From Selaginella moellendorffii (taxonomy: Eukaryota > Plantae > Lycopodiophyta): a stretch of DNA of 64,000 nucleotides. Shown here one piece after another: positions 50,246-64,000 of the stretch. Where the stretch lies: the NCBI RefSeq assembly GCF_000143415.4, contig NW_003314383.1, positions 1 through 64,000 on the forward strand, in the 5' to 3' direction. Position 1 is the first letter of the stretch. Every line of letters begins with the position of its first letter. The notes beneath the pieces were generated by a model that worked only from the letters and a program-made list of their open reading frames with translations, was not told the origin of the DNA and did not search any database. Made by a program: the position numbers and the translations under genes.

Positions 50246-50271
50246 CCCAGCGGAGCTGGGATCCTTGCTAG
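50246..50271 (+). mobile_element. Helitron 3' terminus
   Basis: Perfect hairpin CCCAGC-GGA-GCTGGG, 7-nt spacer, CTAG|T. The right flank is family G sequence, whose homologue reads GGCA|TTGTTATTT (an A|T target). Confidence 0.85.
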
Positions 50272-52660
50272 TTGTTATTTTGAGTGATAAGGAATTTTCC
50301 TTAGACCTTGATTTTCTATGTAATTTTCCTTGTTAATGTTTTAGATTCACATTGGATCTTGAAGGTGGTTAAAGAAGAGTGTTAGTGCAATGTGGATATT
50401 TGAAGATATGGTCTTTGTGATCGAGCCTTGAATGTTTATTTTGTATTTTACGGATGTTGATGTTGGATGTTAAAAATATATGCATGATGTTCAAGGCTTA
50501 AACATACTATAGGTTTTGAGAATTTGTGTTAAGGTGAAACTATGTGTTGTTAGTAGGGTGAAGTTGGTTAAGTCTTGAAAGTTTGTATTCCTAGACTGAG
50601 AGTTATTCTTTCTCTAAGATGGAAAAATTTCCACAAATTTTCTTACACTTTTCTAATGGCTGATTTGTTGATCACTTTACTTGAAAACCATTCCATTTTC
50701 ATAAGCCAGTACAAACTAGTTAAGGGGTTGGAGTTAACTTTAGTTGACTTAAACCTTAGTAAATAATTTGCATGATGCAACCCAAAATGGATGCTAACTT
50801 TTGGGGCTAAGGCAATTGAGTTGGATAGAGTTTGGAGTTGGTGTAGAAAATGGCCATTGCACTTTTCTAAAAAGGGTGACCCTTGTGTCTTTCTTTTATA
50901 GTGTTATGCTTGGTGGCAAGTTGCACTTTGCATTTTGTTAAACTCTATGAGAGTAGTGAGCTCTCGTTGATCCTGACTTAGTTTTGGTGGCCTTGTGCCT
51001 TGGTTGAGTATGGTGATATCCAATTTAGTTGTTTGAGGTTAAGGTGTTAGTACTCATATTATAGCTTTGTCTATGAGGAAGTTGTGTACCAATATGAATC
51101 CATCTCATGGTCTTCACTCTAGTTTTGACTAAGTGTTGAATATGCGTAGTTAACCTCTTCAAGGCATACTCAAAGCTATTGGTTAAACTCATTAATAAGC
51201 TTATTGCGGTTGAGTTAGATTTGAGTGGTCATTTAGTCTATGCTTGTCCATGTTCCTATATCTTGTACCTGAGATATTACATTTATGTTGGACAAGTATA
51301 TAACTTGATGGCATGAGTTTAGTGTTTGTGTCTTGTGAAAGCAAATTAAAAAGTGATTGTTGGTTGCTTTGCAACTAATGATTACTTATAGACTTCATCA
51401 AAGACTTTTAACACTTGCTTTGCTCAATGAAGATTTATCAATGATGGGCTTGTTTTACCAAATGGTGTTGTGAAAAATTGTGTCGTTAAACTTGCATGGG
51501 TTTTTGATGTTGGCATATTGACTTTACCTCTATTGATATTATTTGGTTGCATTTAGTCCGTGGTGAATTTTTTTAAGTCTTGGATGTGGTGAATCACTTC
51601 TTGATGATGTGTTATCTATAACTGAGTATTGTTGAAAGATTAATCTTGGATACTGAGTAAAGTATTTTCAATTTTGGTTGTTGTTGTTAAAGAGTTTTGA
51701 GTGATGATTTGTTCTTGCTTTCTTTTAGCTTTGTTTTGGTGTTGATAGCATCATTAGTGTTGATGATTTAGTTATAGCTTTGTGTTATTAGCATTCGTGC
51801 ATTTGCTAATTAGCAACTATGTTAGCATTCAAATGAGCTGAGTAACAAGTGTGAGTTAATTGTGTTCAAGACAAGATTATTTAATAGGGGTTGAACTTTA
51901 GTTTTTCCTTGAAAAGTGATTCAATTGTGGCTATACTAGCCTTGCAAGAGGAAAAGTTAGTGATTAATATTGAAATGTTTGAACTCTTATTGGGTTTAAG
52001 TTGGGAAATATTGATTATTGATAATTCTTTTCACACATATTATTAAGTGAATTATGTCTTGTTATAGATAGATTCATAAAGAATTGGTTTGGTAGTCACT
52101 TGTTGAGCATAACTTTATTGTGTTTAGATTTTGAATTGATGCAGAAATGGTATTCATTAGCTATGCATTATGAAGTTTAGCTTATGAATGTGTTGAGGAG
52201 GATATTATGGGTTATACCATAATTTTTTCATTTGCATTGAAATTAGTTCGTGCACAACTTGTAATCATTGTTAGGAAAGACTTGGCCATAGGCTTCTTCA
52301 AGCTTTTGGTTCTTTGAGTTTCATACTCATTATTCCATTTGTTAAGAGTTGTTCGGAAAGGCATTTTTGGCTCATTAGCTTTAATATTGTTAATATTTAC
52401 ATTTAGTAATCGTTGGTGATAATTGACTATCATCTAGGATAATTGATTATCCTTGTTAAAGGATTTGCTTGATTATTGTTAATCTAGAATGATTTGCCAT
52501 TCTTTTGGATAGTGGATTCTTTCTTTGACAATGATTATGCATCTCTTTATTAATGGGATGATTAATGGTCTTTCATGATAGTTAGTTATTCTCTTTGATA
52601 GTTTATGGCTTTCCGCATTACTGTATGTTCCTTATAGTTTGCTCTGAATTGGTCTCTTAG
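50272..52660 (+). mobile_element. Family G internal region (fossil Ty3/gypsy pol)
   Basis: Reverse-complement homologue of ~60830-63385. Confidence 0.8.
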
Positions 52661-52774
52661 GTTTAAAATATTAGTATATTCACCATTTATTGCAAACCAA
52701 GTATAGTACATATAGCATACACATATAATATAGTACATACTTTTTACCCATAGTAATATAATAAAACCTTATAG

Positions 52775-53321
52775 TATGGGGGTTGCAAATGTATAGTAGG
52801 GATAGTGGGTAGGGCATGGCTAACCAACTTAAGGCATAGTCTGCCTCTTGCTTGTGTGCCTGTCCTTGTTCTACGTCCGGCTTGGGTCTAAGCCCAAGTT
52901 TCATACCATGTTAGTTGGTGGAGTACCCATATCCTCGCATTAAGCCACTAGTATGTTGAAATAGCACCAAACTCCATTTAGCTCTGTTTTACATGCTGGT
53001 TCTAGCATTGGGATGCTGGATACTCTAGAATTATTCCAAGTCACTCCGTGCTCCTATCCCTTTGCTCCTTGAGCTGTATGCTTAAGAGTCATTCTGTGCT
53101 TTAGTGTTGTCGCTCCTTGGCTCCACACTTAGGAGTTTGGTTTTGTTCATTCGTTTAGTGCCCTAAGGCCCTAAAATTTAAGTTCCACTCTGCTGTCCTT
53201 TTGACATGTGGCATATATCATGTTGTATATAATACGTGGCACATTAAAGGTTTAGTTTCTGCTTTATGGTTATCCTATAGTAAATCACCATAAGATAAAG
53301 GGTGAAAACCACATGTGTTAC
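52775..53321 (+). mobile_element. Partial family F LTR
   Basis: Reverse-complement similarity to 8209-8745, ending ...ACCACATGTGTTACA. Confidence 0.8.
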
Positions 53322-54229
53322 AATACCACTCTCTTTCCGACCAAATTTAAAACTAATCCAATACAAAGCTACTCTAAGATTATTAGCAAAGTTCCCTAGA
53401 AAAGAATTAAACATTGTAACCCACATCTTCTGATAGCAAGCCTAAACAAAATGGTTTAACACTTGACCATTATCCATCCCATCACTCACCACTTGTAAGA
53501 ATATTATAACTAACATGCATTGATATAAGGACTCTTGATATATAATGTGAACGTGAGTAATGAGATCACACCTTGTTACAAATCATGTATTGGTAAAGAG
53601 AAGATAATTTACATATTTGATCCTTCATCAATTTAAGAAAAGTTTATAAGGAAATAACTATTTAAATAAATAGACTAATCCCTACAATATTTATTAATCC
53701 AACAAAAATCATGTCTAGAAAGTGTCATGCTAAACAACTATAAATCAGCATGCTCACCATTTATAGCAAACCAAAGGGAGGTTTACTTTTTACCCATAGT
53801 AATATAGTAAAACCTTATAGTAACCACCAATAGACTAATATTAATCCTACCAACTCAAAGTGTAACCTAATGTGTGTAACTCATAAGCCCAAGCATAAAC
53901 TCATGTAAATTATAAATCTTAAATCCATCCTATGAGCCCAAGTGAAAGCATATATAATATGGTATAAAATGGCGACTAAAATCTATACCCAAATAACATA
54001 TATGAAGCCATAGCAACTAAACTTATACCCACTCAAATCATCGTTTTTATCTTTACATATGCAATAAGACTAATTGCCTAATCTCATTGGATGGTACTCA
54101 ATCCTCTAATACCAAATAAAGTGCATGTAGTTTTCACCCTATACCCTATGGTGATTTACCATAAGATAATCATAGAGCATAATAAAACCCTTGCCAAGAG
54201 CAATAAAGCAACTTGCTTACCCAGACCAT

Positions 54230-54720
54230 ATCAGCTTCACAGTTAGTCCAAATGCTCCATGTGTCTAGTTTTACTTCTAACACCCAAAGGTACCACTAAC
54301 ATCTCAGCCTGTTATGTTAGGGCTATATCCATTCACCCTTGTTTCATTGGTAGTCTAAGACCACCTACAATATGGTTTTATTCTCTCCAAGACTGGGTCA
54401 TCCATCTATTAGTGATCATCCTATGACCACACTTTAGTATCCTTAGGATATCCCAAGATATAGGGAACACCATTCCCCAATATCCTTTCTTCAATCCCTA
54501 CCAAATCCCTCTTTGTCTATGGCAATCCTCACCAACAGCACCACTAGTCTAATGCCTAAAACCCCATTTATTAAGTCCAAGTAACTTCTGAGACTTCCTC
54601 TCCATGTAACCATCCCTTTGGTCAGTAAGCAAGAGGACCACTCATCTTGCTTTCCATGGTCTAGGATTTTGGGGTGACATTTCAAAACACGCCCAATGTG
54701 AGTCTCATGGGTACTCCCCA
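54230..54720 (-). mobile_element. Degenerate family D LTR fragment
   Basis: Colinear with ~29400-29880. Confidence 0.7.
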
Positions 54721-55909
54721 AGATCAAATCCCTGAAAGAACACATGGGATAAAGTCCATGATACTGGACAACAAATTTTTCAAACATTTGCAAGAAAATT
54801 TCAGTTAAATACAATTTGGGCATGTATTTGGAGTGTCATATACAAAATTTACTTTTTTAATTCTGGTACAGCTTTGATGGGAAAATACTAATTTGTAAGG
54901 CCACAACTTCTTCCACAAGATCCTATGACAATGAATTTCTAAAGGAAATTGAGAGCAAGCATATGAAATGCCACAATTGCTGTGTAAGGTGATAGAGGCC
55001 AAAAAAGCCAAGAAAAGTATGATGTTCTTGTGTTGTTTTAATTGTTCAATATGTTCTTTTATAATTATCTCTCTTTTGCAGAAATTTAGGAGGAGCTAAC
55101 AATTAGTAATCATGGTGTTGAGGCTGATGACTGGCATACATGTGAGGCTTTCTTTTGGCATTGCCTCTTGGGGCAATAGGGTTTGGGAGGATTCCACTCA
55201 TCATCTAGACATTCTTCTGCCATTCTCTTACTCATAGACAAATCTTTTTTTTCTCTCTGATCTTAGTGGCAAATTATCTTGAGAATGATTCTCTACTTTA
55301 TGTGATGTCCTCAAAAAACACTTCATAAAGAGAAAATTCTCACCATTTAATGTCAGTAATGCCTTGTGATTCTTGAGTGTGATCTCAACTTCTCCAGCTA
55401 CCATCTTATCAAACACAACTGACCTCAATCATTTGGCACTTTATGTACATGTCCACCATAACACAAGCTATCATGGTAGTGCTTAAAAGAAAAAATAAAG
55501 CATGCACCTATAATGTATAGAGCAACATAACAGTGCCATTATCACCAACAAATATTGAATTTAGTACTTGCCACATACACAACCTAACCGCCATGCTGCC
55601 TCTCTACTAGGACTCACTTTCTAGAATAATTACTTCTATTGTTTTAAATAAAAATATTTTAGTTGGTTTTCATTGTTAGCTGGAAAATTTAATATAAAAC
55701 TTAGTGACCTAGTTCTGGTGCTAAAGTCTTACATCAGAAATGAACTTTGTATTAAGTATTTAGAAAAGAGGTGGGCTATTCCCTAGGGGATCAAAATCTC
55801 TATAGGTTCTATGAGTGACTGACCCTTCTATATATGTTAAGGTCTACAGAACTATTAATATGTTGTGATAGTCAAATGAAACATGATGTGAAATGATTCA
55901 CATAAGTAC

Positions 55910-57750
55910 CCTTATGTCTTTCTTTTGTGGCATTATGCTTGGTGGCAGGTTGCAACTTGCATTTTGTTAAACTCTATAAGAGTAGTGAGCTCTCACTGAT
56001 CTTGACTTGGTCTTGGTGGCTTTGCGCCTTGGTTGAGGATGGTGATGTAACTTAGTTGTTTTAGGTTGAGATGTTGGTAGTTGTACTATAGTTTAGTCTA
56101 TAAGGAGGTTGTGTACCAATATGAGTCCATCTCATGGTCTTCACTNNNNNNNNNNNNNNNNNNNNNNNNNNNNNNNNNNNNNNNNNNNNNNNNNNNNNNN
56201 NNNNNNNNNNNNNNNNNNNNNNNNNNNNNNNNNNNNNNNNNNNNNTAAGTGGGATGAGATATCTCTTAGTAAGATTGATATTGAGTTTCATTAGTCTTGA
56301 TGTAAATAGTGTTGATGCTTGGGTTGTAGCTTTATATTATTGGCATTTGTGCATTTGTTAGTTAGCAACTGTATTGACATTTAAATGAACTGAGTGGTTA
56401 GTTGAGTTAGTTGTGTTCTAGACGAGATTGTTTAGTAAGGGGGTTGAGCTTTGGCTTTTCCTTGCAAAGTGATTTAGTCATGGACTATGCTAGCTTTACA
56501 AGAGAAAGAGTTAGTGATTGATATAAGAATGTTTGAATCTTTATTAGATTTAAGTTAGAATATATTGATCATTAATGATTCTCTTTGTGCTTGTTATAAA
56601 GTGAGTTACGTCTTGCTATAGAAGATGGATTCATGAAGGATCAATTTAGTGATCATTTGTTAAGTATAGCTTTGTTATGCTTGGCTTTTGAATTGATGCA
56701 AATATACTCTTCATTAGCTTTATATTATGAAGTTTGGCTTATGGATGCGTTGAGGAAGATATTATGGGTTATGCCATAATTTCTTCTTTAACATTGAAGT
56801 TAGTTCATGCAAGACTTGTGATCATTGTTAGGCAAGACTTAGTTATATGCTTCTTCAAGTTTTTGGTTTCTTGGGTTTTCATGTTTATGGTTCATTTGTT
56901 TGAAGTTGTTGGGGAAGGCATTCTAGCTCACAGCTTCCACATTAAAGTTAGTATTTGCATCTGGCAATCATTGGTAATGATTGACTATCATTTAAAATAG
57001 TTGATTATTTTTGTCAAAAGTTTTGCTTGATTATTGTTGATATAAAATGATTTGCTGTTCTTTGACGATGCTTATACATCTCTATTTTTGATGGGATGAT
57101 TGATAATCTTTCATAATGGTTAATTGTGCTATTTTATAGCTTATGGCTTTCCACAATATTATATGTTCTTGTGGTTTGCTTTGGATTGGTCTCTTGGGTT
57201 TGCAATATCGATAGGATGTTGCTGACACTTGTTTAAGCAACTCTAATTTTTTCGTATTATTGACTGGAATTTATTTAGATTGGCCAGTGCGATAGTTTGC
57301 ATAAATGAGTGTTTGTTTACTAACATTCATTCTATTCTGTTGACTATTGTTATAGTTGCTTCTGATAAGTTGGATGTTATTTCCTTCGAGTAATATATTC
57401 GTGAGCATTTTGCTTGCTAGTCGATGATACTTTGTGTTCTTTGAGTTGTCTTTTGTAAGTTGTTTAGCATGCTATCTACAATCTTTGCTAGTTAAATTTT
57501 ATCATTGAGTTTTCTTGATGATACATTGGTTATTGAATTTTGTTAGATAGTAAATCTTATATTTTCCAACTATAGTGATTTTGGTGGTTCCTATATGCTA
57601 ATACTTGTTTATCGGATGATAACTTACTTGGAATACTTTTGTGTTCTAAACTAAGCTTTATTCACTGATAATTAAGTCTTTAAAATGTCATTATCTATCC
57701 ATCTATTGATCTTTGAGTTTGGGCTAGTATAGGTAAATTTGCTTTGGCAC
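55910..57750 (+). mobile_element. Second family G internal fragment (contains an assembly gap)
   Basis: Similar to 50880-52660 and to the reverse complement of ~60490-62780. Confidence 0.8.
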
Positions 57751-57764
57751 TTATGCAGCAAGTG

Positions 57765-58819
57765 AAATGGTGAAAAGGAAGTGTGCTAATGATGCTGAAA
57801 CCTCTAGACAGGTGAATCAAGAGGAAACTCCTACTAGAGATGTTGTGGAAGACGCTGAGGCTGAGGCTAAGTTAGAAGAGGAAGAGCCAAATGTTATAGC
57901 TCTGTAGTGGAAGTTGAGATAAAAATTTGTAAAGGGAAGTTCGTGAATTGAAGAAGGAGAACAAGTAGAGGAAGAAAGAAGCTGAGATAGCTAAACTAGC
58001 TAAACCTAAGCAACCTGATTCTCTTCAAGTTCTGAGGATGATGAAGTTTTACAACCGCCCCCGGTTGCACGAGTTTCAAAGTTTAAGCCTCTAAAACCAC
58101 CCAATTTTAGAGGCATGCAAAACTATCAAGTTTTGGAAGACTAGATCTATGACATGGAAAACTATTTCATTGCGGCAGACATAGATGATTATATGAAAGT
58201 TGCATGCACGCAATCCTTTCTCACCGATCATGCCAAAACTTGGTGGCACCCGTTGTGTGCTGAAAAAGGGCAGACTAGAAGTTGGACCAAGATGTGGTCT
58301 TGTATCCGTAAGGAATACTTGTCGAATAATCTTGGTCTAAGACTTTGTACGGAGCTGCGATAGTTAAAGCAACGAGGGGACCATATGCATTACATTAATG
58401 CATTTGCTCAAAAGTGCATTATGATTGCAAATATGAGTGATGAAGATGTTCAAAGTTATTTTTTGGAAGGTTTAACTTCACTTTCTCGTAATGAGATTTT
58501 GAAGTTTAAGCCAAAGACATACCTAGAGTTTAAGGAGGCAACACAACAAGTTGCCTTTAGTCACTCACTCATGGAATAATATCAATAGCCGTATGCTAGT
58601 ACCTCGGACAAGAATAACAATTCTGGGAATAAACAAAGTGATCAGAAACTGAGGCTGGAAAGAAAGTTCTGCCCTGGAGGCTCACAAGCAACGGTTAACA
58701 AAGGTGGTGGTTGGCAACCACCAACAGATTCTTTTGGTCCTAGGGCCTATGTTCCTCCTCTTAGTGGGAACAAGTAGCAGCAACTTGCGAAACTTGCTCT
58801 TAGACAAACGGGTAGTGTG
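57765..58819 (+). mobile_element. Ty3/gypsy gag pseudogene truncated by a family F insertion
   Basis: KPPNFRG...MENYF...FLTDHAKTWW...LR*LKQRG..YINAF...YFLEGL, a retrotransposon gag pattern with in-frame stops. Confidence 0.85.
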
Positions 58820-61800
58820 TGTAGCGCACGTGGTATTCCCCTTTATCCTATGGTGATTTACCATAGAATAACACCGCGAAGTGGAACCTAAACCCCTCTT
58901 TGTGCCACATGACAGATGCCACATGTCATATGCCACGTGTCCAAAGGAACGTGTTGTGGAGCCCTCGGTTCAGGGCCTTGGGCTACNNNNNNNNNNNNNN
59001 NNNNNNNNNNNNNNNNNNNNNNNNNNNNNNNNNNNNNNNNNNNNNNNNNNNNNNNNNNNNNNNNNNNNNNNNNNNNNNNNNNNNNNACTCCCGAGCATAC
59101 AGCCCAAGGAGCGAAGGGACAGGAGCCTGGAGCGATTTGGAACAGTCCTAGAGCAACCAACATCCTAATGCCAGGACCAGCATGCAAAACAGAGCCAAAC
59201 AGAGTCTGGTGCTATTTCGGCATACCAGTGGTCTAACTCGAGGATATGGGTACTCCACCAGCTAGCATGGTGTGGAGCTTGGGCTTAGACCCAAGCCAGA
59301 TGCAGAACAAGGACAGGCATGCAAGCGGGAGCTAGACTATGCCTCAGGTTGGTCGGCCATGCCCGACCTACCCACTATCTCTACTATACATTTGGAACCC
59401 CCCACAGCCCCCCCCCCCCCCCCTTTGACGAACACACGCTTTGGGCTTTCACCCCAAGCCTCCCTTAGTATCAGGAGTTAGTCACTGGGACAAGCTCGAA
59501 ACTTACTAAATATGGAATGTCCTTAGATTACGAATTTGGACACGGGACGAACACCATTGTGTTCAGGCCGATCTCTACATTCCGTAGATATGCCAAATAA
59601 GCAAATCTGGACACTTTCCATAAATAGCATTTGGGACCGAAATGAGACTAACACAAAGGGCATGATAACGAGGGTGTTTGGCAGACACGGTAAGCTATCA
59701 TCCAGCGATATTGAGGGACTAATCTCAATACCCGAGGGTTCTTGTCAAGCCAGTGCAAGACATAGCAAAAGAGAACTAAGAGCTAGGCCGAGTATGCTCA
59801 GCTAGAAACACATAGGAGTTCCTACTTTATGTCCATCTGGCTAAGTACAGGTGCTAAGCCCAGTAAACTAACACTTGAACAAGAGGGACTAATAAAGGGT
59901 CCAGCAATACTGACCTCCTACCATCGTGGCAGTAAGGTAAGAGTGTCCGTAAGGACTGGCCGACAGGTAACTTTCGATACCTGAAGTCACATTCACGACA
60001 CTCTCCCCCCTAGAGAAGATCGACGTCCTTGTCGATGCATACTCAAGTCTAAAATACCGCCAAGGAAACAACTCTAGAAAAAGTTCACGGTACTCACACT
60101 ATGTAAGAAATGCACCAACTTAAATGAGTTAGGAGGCAACTTCTTTGTCTAACGCGGATGCGCTACCTGCTCAGACACCTTCCGGCCGTCGCCGACAAGG
60201 AAATGACCAACGGAGTCAGCCACCCTTGCTGCTCTAGGTGTCACTCAGCTACAAAAGTGTGATACGCCCCTACCCGCAGAGACATAGAGAGAGAAGCTAG
60301 AGGCCCCAACCCTCCTGAGCAAAGAAACCAAACCCGTCGGTAAGGTTTAGATAGACTACTGTAAATAGGCAAGTAGAGTTGTTTACACGGTCATGCCCTT
60401 TCAACGGAATAAGGAATATTGACAGAGAGGCGGGTTATGTGACCAGTCGACAGTAGCTACCCCATAACTAGAGATTTCAACATGCACACGAAGTGCCGAA
60501 GCCAGTCTGCCTATACTGGCCCAAACTCAAAGATCAATAGATGGACAATATCAAAGTCATAGACAATGATATCTTAGAGATTTAATCATCAGACAATCCT
60601 TAACCGACAAGCACAATGCTCGCGAATGTATCACCCAAAAGAAATAACATCCTAATCTATCAGAACTAATTCGAACAACAATCAACAGAATAGAATGAAT
60701 GTGGTAAGACCAACAAACACTCATTCATGCCAATTACCACATAAGCTAATCTGAATAGATCTCGGTCAACAATACAAAGGTACTCAAGTTGCTTAAGCAA
60801 GTGTTAGCAACATCCTATCGATATCTCAAACCCAAGAGACCAATCCAGAGCAAACCACAAAGAATATGTGGTATTGCAAAAAGCCAAAAGCCATCAAAGA
60901 GAACAACTAACTATCATGAAAGATCATCAATCATCCCCTCAATAAAGAGATGCATAATCATCGTCTAAGAAGGAATCCACCATCCCAAAGAACGGCAAAT
61001 CATTCCATACCAACAATAATCAAGCAAAACCTTTTAACAAGGATAATCAATTATCCGAGATGATAGTCAATCATCACCAATGATTGCTAGATGTAAATAC
61101 TAATTTTAACATTGAAGCTAAGAGTCAAAAATGCCTTCCCTAACAACTTCTAACAAATGGAATATTGAGCATAAAAATTCAAAGAACCAAAAACTTGAAG
61201 AAGCCTATAGCTAAGTCTTTGTTATAATGATCACAAGTCTTGCATGAACTAACTTCAATGCTAAAGAAGAAATCATGGTACAACCCATAATATCCTCCTC
61301 AATACATCCATAATCTAAACTTCATAATACCAAAGCTAATGAAGAGCATTTCTGCATCAATCTAAAAGTTAAGCATAATGGAGCTATGCCCAACAAGTGA
61401 TCACTAAACGATCCTCCATAAATCCATCTACAGCAAGACGTAACTCACTTCATAACAAGCCCAAAAAGAATCATTAATGATCGCTATATCCCGAACACAA
61501 ATCCAGCAAGGACTCAACATTCTAATATCGATCACTAACTCTTCCTCTCGTAAAGTTAGTATAGTCCACGACTAAATCACTTTTCAAGGAAAAGCTAAAG
61601 CTCAACCCTCTACTAAATAATTTCATCTAGAACACAACTAACTCAACTTGCCACTTAGTTCATTTGAACGTCAATATAGTTGCTAATTAGCAAAATGCGC
61701 GAATGCTAATAACACAAAGCTACAGCCAAATCATCAACACTATCTTCATCAAGACTAATGAAACTCGATATCAATCCTACAGAGAGATATCTCATTTCAC

Positions 61801-64000
61801 TCGAATCTCAACATCAATAATGTCCATGACAAAGCATCACTTCAATGTCATCAACACCAGGACAAAGCTAGAAGAAAGCAAGAGTGAATCACCACCCAAA
61901 ACTCTCTAGCAACCAAGCTAACCAAAGTCGAAGACACTTAGTTAGTATCTAAGACCAATCTTTCAATAATACTTAGTTTCAGATAATACATCATCAAGAT
62001 TCACCACATCCAAGACTCAACATAATCCGACACTACGGACTAAACATAACCAAATGATATCGACAACTTGCGCGAGGGCCCCAGTCGGAATAGCACGTGA
62101 AGCGTGANNNNNNNNNNNNNNNNNNNNNNNNNNNNNNNNNNNNNNNNNNNNNNNNNNNNNNNNNNNNNNNNNNNNNNNNNNNNNNNNNNNNNNNNNNNNN
62201 NNNNNNNAAGCAAATCTATCACTGCTAAATCATCATCGAGTGAAGCAAGTGTCAAATAGTCCTCGACGAAATCTATGAGCAATCACTAGTCGTAGAGCAA
62301 CCAACAATCACTCTTTAACTTGTCTTCACAAGACCCAAACACTAAACTGACGTCATCAAGTCATATACTTGTCCAACATGAACGTAATACCTTAGATATA
62401 AGATAAAAGTTCATGGACAAGCACAAACTAAATGACTACTCGAATCCAACTCAACCGCGATAAGCTCACCAATGCATTTAGTCAATAGCTCTGAGCATGC
62501 CTTGAAGAGGCTAGCTATGTGATCAACACTCAGTTGAAACTAAAGTGAAGACCATGAAATGGATTCATATCGGTACACAACCTCCTCATAAACAAAGTTA
62601 TAGTACAGGTACCAACATCTTAACCTAAAACAACTAAGTTGGACATCACCATCCTTAGCCAAGGCACTAGGCCACCAAGACCAAGTCAAGATCAGTGAGA
62701 GCTCACTACTCTCATAGAGTCTAACAAAATGCAAGATGCAACCTGCCACCAAGCAAAACGCTATAAGAAAGGCACAAGGATCACCCTTCTTAGAAAAGTG
62801 CAATGGCCACTTTTCTATACCAACTCCAGACTCTATCCAACTCAATTGCCTTAGCCTCAAAAGTTAGCATCCCTTTCGAGCTACATCATACAAATTATCT
62901 ACTAAGGTTTAAGCCGATTGAAGTCAACTTCAACCCCTTCACTAGTTTGTATTGGCTTTCGAAAATGGAATGGTTTTCAAGCAAAGTGAGCCATTGGAAA
63001 AGTCTAAGAAAATTTGTGGAAAATTTTCCATCCTAGAGAAAGAATGACTCTCAGTCCAGGATTGCAAACTTTTAAGACTCAACCAACTTCCTTCTACAAA
63101 CAACTTCACATAGGTTCACCTCAACACAAATTCTCATTACCCATAATATGCTTAAGCATCAAACATTTTTGCCCATTTTTCCGATATCCAACACTAACAT
63201 CTGCAAAAATGCAAAATGAACATCCAAGGCTTGATCACGAAGACCACATCTTCGAATATCCACCTTTGCACTAACACTCTTCTTCAACCACGTTCAAGAT
63301 CCAATGTGAAGCCAAAACACTAATAAGAAAAATAATATGGAAAATCAAGCTTTAAGGAAAATTCCTCATCACTCGAAATAACAATGCCACTTCCACCAAC
63401 ACTAGTGCTAGTGATGTTAATGCCTCAACTACACACCTTCTCCATCCAACAATTTACTCCAAGTGTTAACGGATCAATCGACAAGTTATAGCAAATGAAT
63501 GTTATAACCCTTTTCCAACACCTTAATGGGCAAACTCAAGGAAACAAGGTACTAACTTAAGCTTGGCATAATGGACCACCAACGAGAATCCAGTCAAAGC
63601 TACTACAATGCTACTTCGTGCAAGTAGACTAGTTTCACCATTAACCACTTTGGGGTTGATCATCGTTTACCCAAGCAACTTCGTAAACACATTGCTCATT
63701 ATACATGGATATGATATAAATATCACAATGACTTGATCATCAATCAAGCAACACTATGAGCAATGCCTATGTCATTACTTCAAAGGTGTATGTGAATATC
63801 AAGTATCAACTCAATTCAACAAAATGCAACATAAATGCCACACCCCACCGATAGAGATTTACAACACCCGACACCACTAACTTTTGTTCACAACACAGAC
63901 AAGCTCATGCCACTTTCTCTCCAACCAAACTCAACACTAATCCAACACCAAGCTACTCAAGGAGCAATAGCAAGGTTTCTCAGAAAGAATTGAGCATTGT
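58820..64000 (-). mobile_element. Family F/G LTR element running off the window: 3' LTR 58820-60000 plus decayed pol-derived internal region
   Basis: TG..CA LTR matching 8209-9348. The adjacent CTCTCCCCCCT is the PPT AGGGGGGAGAG on the minus strand. Minus-strand relics FTLDLERG* (~63290-63310) and TSEGVEVDF (~62920-62946) resemble RT motifs. Confidence 0.85.

Overview
Eukaryotic, repeat-rich land-plant nuclear DNA, not prokaryotic. It has spliceosomal introns of only about 45-65 nt, a flagellar SPEF1-type gene and plant-type LTR elements with tRNA-iMet primer sites. Together these suggest a plant with flagellated sperm and compact genes (inference: Selaginella-like lycophyte). Most short ORFs in the track are noise. 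Host genes: a large multi-exon IQ-motif gene (15270-~19219, with an in-frame TAA), SPEF1/CLAMP (43141-44243) and a small convergent putative gene. The rest is largely transposon-derived. An ~18 kb nest (20087-38454) of non-autonomous LTR elements contains a very young LARD-like element (29252-36970, TSD GAGTG) and two complete 5S-bearing Cassandra-type TRIMs. Also present are solo LTRs, decayed Ty3/gypsy gag/pol relics and four Helitron 3' ends next to captured kinase and LAF3-like amidohydrolase exons. The most unusual signals are: (i) a ~450 nt hairpin array with tandem tRNA T-arm/B-box motifs inside the LARD; (ii) reciprocally swapped TSDs between a Cassandra and an unrelated LTR, flanking an exact inversion; (iii) a very young Cassandra in what looks like a lycophyte. 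Families D, E, F, G and elements A, B are working labels. Everything was read by eye; no searches were run.
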